Below, piece by piece: positions 7,220 through 10,034 of a DNA stretch of 10,034 bases. The notes beneath the pieces were generated by a model. It was not told where the DNA came from, ran no database searches, and was given only the letters and a program-made list of their open reading frames with translations. Each line of letters starts with the position of its first letter. Positions within the stretch are counted from its first letter, which is position 1. The translations under genes and the position numbers were made by a program. The stretch comes from Myxococcota bacterium (GTDB lineage Bacteria > Myxococcota > SpSt-1050): the NCBI GenBank assembly GCA_049969675.1, contig JBMFOP010000103.1:1-10034 (forward strand), given 5' to 3'.

Positions 7220-8315
7220 CTGAATCTCCCCATGTCATATACCAATTGTTGACATCCTTTAATTTTTCATCTCCATTAAATGAGCGATGAACTCTAAAAC
7301 CGAAATGGAGTTCCTGAGGAAACAATCTCTCGGGAAGACGAAAATATCCAGATAAGGTAAATAATTTTCTATAAATTGGTGGAAGTATTATACTAATCAA
7401 TGGTGTGGATGAAGCCATTGCGATATTATCAATATATGCAATAACATATTTAGTCAGTTCCTCTGAAGTCACAACAAAGTCTACTACAAATAACATATCT
7501 ATACCAAACTTTTTAATTACAGATGTTATAAGATATCCAGATGCCTTTGAATCTTTATAAAAAACAAATTTTTTATAATTGTTCTCAGGTTTATCAAAGA
7601 ATCTCCATTTTATATATTTATTATCTCTAACTACAATAACTTTATCATTGTAATTTACCATATTCCATATCTCATCAAAAATTGGCATAAAATCAGAAAT
7701 CTCTCTAACTTCTATGCCATTATCAACCATTTTTCTTTTTAACATCATATTGTAGGTATATGTCGCAATCTTGAATATTGTCCTCAAAAAACTATTTCTA
7801 CCAAAAAAGGGTAATGAACTATAATCATATCCCTTTATAAATATGGGCTTAAAATAGATTGGGATCGGTTTCAGTTCATTCCATCCGAGTCTATTGAAGA
7901 AGCCCGGAGCACTGTTTTTATTTGGAAATCCATAAGTAAATAAAATATTATTACCTTTTACAAGGTCATACAGGGTGTCTGCCAGAGCGACAAATAGACC
8001 TCTTCCTCTATATTTTTCATCAGTAATTGTGTCCTGAGACAGAGTACAAACTGTAGTTTCGCCAAATACTCTAATACACTTTGGTAATAATGCATATTGT
8101 GCGGCAATGTCTCCGTTTTCACCAACTGCTAAAAGTATATATAACTTTTTTACTGGGTTTTCTATATATTCCCAGTTAAAATGATTATAGCTCTCAGTGA
8201 GCCCCATTGGCTTTTTATAGTTTCTCTCAAATAGTTCAATAATATTCCTGATATCTTCTATTGATGCGTAACGAAAAACAAATTCTTTATATTTTTTAAT
8301 TATCTGGCTGCTCAT
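7209..8315 (-). CDS. GNAT-family N-acyltransferase (two-domain size)
   Basis: Acyl-CoA-binding motif A DTITDEKYRGRGLF, then YGFPNKNSAPGF, VVRDNKYIKWRF and C-terminal WYMTWGDSD. Overlaps both neighbouring genes. Confidence 0.85.
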   Translation of the reverse strand: MSSQIIKKYKEFVFRYASIEDIRNIIELFERNYKKPMGLTESYNHFNWEYIENPVKKLYILLAVGENGDIAAQYALLPKCIRVFGETTVCTLSQDTITDEKYRGRGLFVALADTLYDLVKGNNILFTYGFPNKNSAPGFFNRLGWNELKPIPIYFKPIFIKGYDYSSLPFFGRNSFLRTIFKIATYTYNMMLKRKMVDNGIEVREISDFMPIFDEIWNMVNYNDKVIVVRDNKYIKWRFFDKPENNYKKFVFYKDSKASGYLITSVIKKFGIDMLFVVDFVVTSEELTKYVIAYIDNIAMASSTPLISIILPPIYRKLFTLSGYFRLPERLFPQELHFGFRVHRSFNGDEKLKDVNNWYMTWGDSDVV

Positions 8316-9519
8316 ATACAGAATGTATAAGTTGATAATATTTTTCTATGGCTATAGACCTGTCAAAGTACCTTTCAAAATAATCTCTTGCATTCTGGCC
8401 CAGCTGATATAGAACTTCACTATTTGCGCTTAGTTCCTTTAATTTATTATACACTTCTTCAATCTGCCCATTACTAAATGTGAACCCACATTTTGATATT
8501 TCAATTATTTTTGCCACATCACTCCCCTTTGGACCAATATAAATTATTGGTCTTCCAGAAGCCATACATCCATAAAGTTTGCTCGGCATATTAACTCCAA
8601 CAACTTCATTTGTTTGTGTAATCAGATGAATATCAGCTACAGCAAGAGAATCTCTTAGATCTTCTTTAGGAACATAAGTTTTAAGTATGATATTACTTAA
8701 TTGATTTTCTTTTATAAAATTCTCAACCACTCTTTTTTTTGAACCTTCACCGATAAATAAAAACAATATATCTTTTCTATTTTCAATATTCAATTTGTAT
8801 GCGGTTTTCAGTATGGTCTCAAATTCATGTCCCACTCCGAGATTCCCGGAATATAAGATGACAAATTTTCTATTAAGCCCCCATTCATTATAAAATTGAG
8901 AATCTTCCTTTTTAATTGGATAAATAGCCGTTCCATCCGCCCAATTATGAATAATATTTATCTTTTCTTTTTTAATTCCTACCTTTTCAGCAAATTCAGC
9001 CATTTTTTCACTCAAAACAACAACAGAATTTGACCTGTTAAGAAAATACCTGAGCTGATTATCAAGAATTTTGAATATAAGCCTATTATTTATAAAACCA
9101 ACACTATATGCAGTATATGGAAAGAAGTCCTGTAAAACCACTATATATTTTTTATCTTTCAATATAGATAAAAAAGAACCTATGTAATTCAAAAGTGGTG
9201 GGTCTGTGAAAAATATAATAACATCTGATCTATCGGATAAAATCTTGATGGAAGAGAAAAACAAGAATGTACTGAAATCAAAAAGCCTATAAATAAGATT
9301 TTTTCTACCCAGAGAGGTAGATGGAACTCTAACAATCTCAACATTTTTATGAAGCCTATTATTGCAGCCCTTTAATCTCCCACCGGTATAACTACAATCA
9401 GTTGTTATAACTCTAATTTTAAGTTCTTTCTCTGCCAGTCCATACACCAAATCACCTAATATTTGCGAAGTAGCGGATATATCTGGAGGAAAGAATCGGT
9501 TTACAAAGGTAATATACAT
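8296..9519 (-). CDS. Glycosyltransferase family 4 (GT-B fold, WbuB/WcaI-like)
   Basis: NRFFPPDISATSQILGDL, TDPPLL, VLQDFFP, IHNWAD, LYSGNLG, FIGEG, MPSKLYGCMASGRPII, LGQNARDY. Confidence 0.92.
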   Translation of the reverse strand: MYITFVNRFFPPDISATSQILGDLVYGLAEKELKIRVITTDCSYTGGRLKGCNNRLHKNVEIVRVPSTSLGRKNLIYRLFDFSTFLFFSSIKILSDRSDVIIFFTDPPLLNYIGSFLSILKDKKYIVVLQDFFPYTAYSVGFINNRLIFKILDNQLRYFLNRSNSVVVLSEKMAEFAEKVGIKKEKINIIHNWADGTAIYPIKKEDSQFYNEWGLNRKFVILYSGNLGVGHEFETILKTAYKLNIENRKDILFLFIGEGSKKRVVENFIKENQLSNIILKTYVPKEDLRDSLAVADIHLITQTNEVVGVNMPSKLYGCMASGRPIIYIGPKGSDVAKIIEISKCGFTFSNGQIEEVYNKLKELSANSEVLYQLGQNARDYFERYFDRSIAIEKYYQLIHSVYEQPDN

Positions 9520-9557
9520 TTAATTAAATACCCTAATCCCTTTTCTGAATTGCTGGA

Positions 9558-9614
9558 TTATCTTTGTATCTTGCTACTATTACCCAAAACAGCTGTAATA
9601 ATAGAAAATTTCAT
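9558..9614 (-). pseudogene. Possible remnant of a family-2 glycosyltransferase 5' end (18-aa ORF MKFSIITAVLGNSSKIQR)
   Basis: ATG lies 14 nt after the carbamoyltransferase stop. The first 10 residues match the typical GT2 N-terminal strand M-K-(F/I)-S-I-I-T-x-x-x-N, then the frame ends at TAA. Confidence 0.45.
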
Positions 9615-9628
9615 TTAGATCAGTAGAT

Positions 9629-10034
9629 TCAATGTCTTCTAATCACTATGTTTCCCATTACAAGGGCATCCATCTCTGTTCTCAAATAACAGTCCAGTGC
9701 CTCTTCTGGTCTATTAACAATAGGCTCATTCTCATTGAAAGATGTATTTAGTAAGAGTGGCAGACCAGTCTTTTCTCTGAATCTATCTATCAGTTTATAA
9801 TATTTTGGTGTAATATCCCTATGAACAGTCTGTAATCTGCCCGTCCCATCTACATGTGTTACAGCAGGAATTAAATCCCTTTTCTCCGCTTTTATCTTAA
9901 ATACCTTTTCCATAAAATAGACATCATCGTCCTGTTCAAAATATTCACTAACATATTCACGTAAAACTGATGGGGCGAATGGTCTAAATGATTCACGCCG
10001 TTTGATTTTGGAGTTTATCAAATCTTTTGCATCC
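9629..10034 (-). CDS. Carbamoyltransferase (NodU/CmcH family), C-terminal part; 5' end lies outside the window
   Basis: KIKRRESFRPFAPSVL, IPAVTHVDGTGRLQTV, TGLPLLLNTSFNENEPIVNRPEEAL. The frame stays open to the window edge (DAKDLINSK), so the track start at 10021 is an internal TTG. Confidence 0.93.
   Translation of the reverse strand, partial: DAKDLINSKIKRRESFRPFAPSVLREYVSEYFEQDDDVYFMEKVFKIKAEKRDLIPAVTHVDGTGRLQTVHRDITPKYYKLIDRFREKTGLPLLLNTSFNENEPIVNRPEEALDCYLRTEMDALVMGNIVIRRH

Noticed and set aside
6956..7252. 98-aa + strand ORF
   Set aside because: Antisense shadow of the deacetylase and GNAT genes.
8733..8740. T8 (A8 on the coding strand) tract in the GT4 gene as a phase-variation site
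   Set aside because: The gene is in frame, and an 8-mer A run is expected in such AT-rich, Lys-rich sequence.

Overview
Bacterial window with two parts. Left (109-4092): a divergent pair of secreted, cysteine-rich surface-protein genes. One is a CAP/SCP-domain protein ending in an acidic linker and a bare C-terminal 'SGCTCTAIY' tail. The other is a large lipoprotein with 7 eight-Cys repeats and a 7-bladed SBBP-type beta-propeller. This style of protein is typical of Myxococcota/deltaproteobacteria, although the DNA is low-GC (inference). Middle (4093-4520): a 428-bp non-coding region with nested inverted repeats and a recurring ACCTGT motif. Right (4521-10034): an AsnB-type glutamine amidotransferase converging on the distal end of an AT-rich surface-polysaccharide operon (carbamoyltransferase 3' end, possible GT2 remnant, GT4 glycosyltransferase, GNAT acyltransferase, DUF3473-type polysaccharide deacetylase). 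I see no rRNA, tRNA, CRISPR array or transposase. The best leads are the putative TM-less C-terminal GCxC sorting signal, the structured intergenic element and the four-enzyme glycan-tailoring set.
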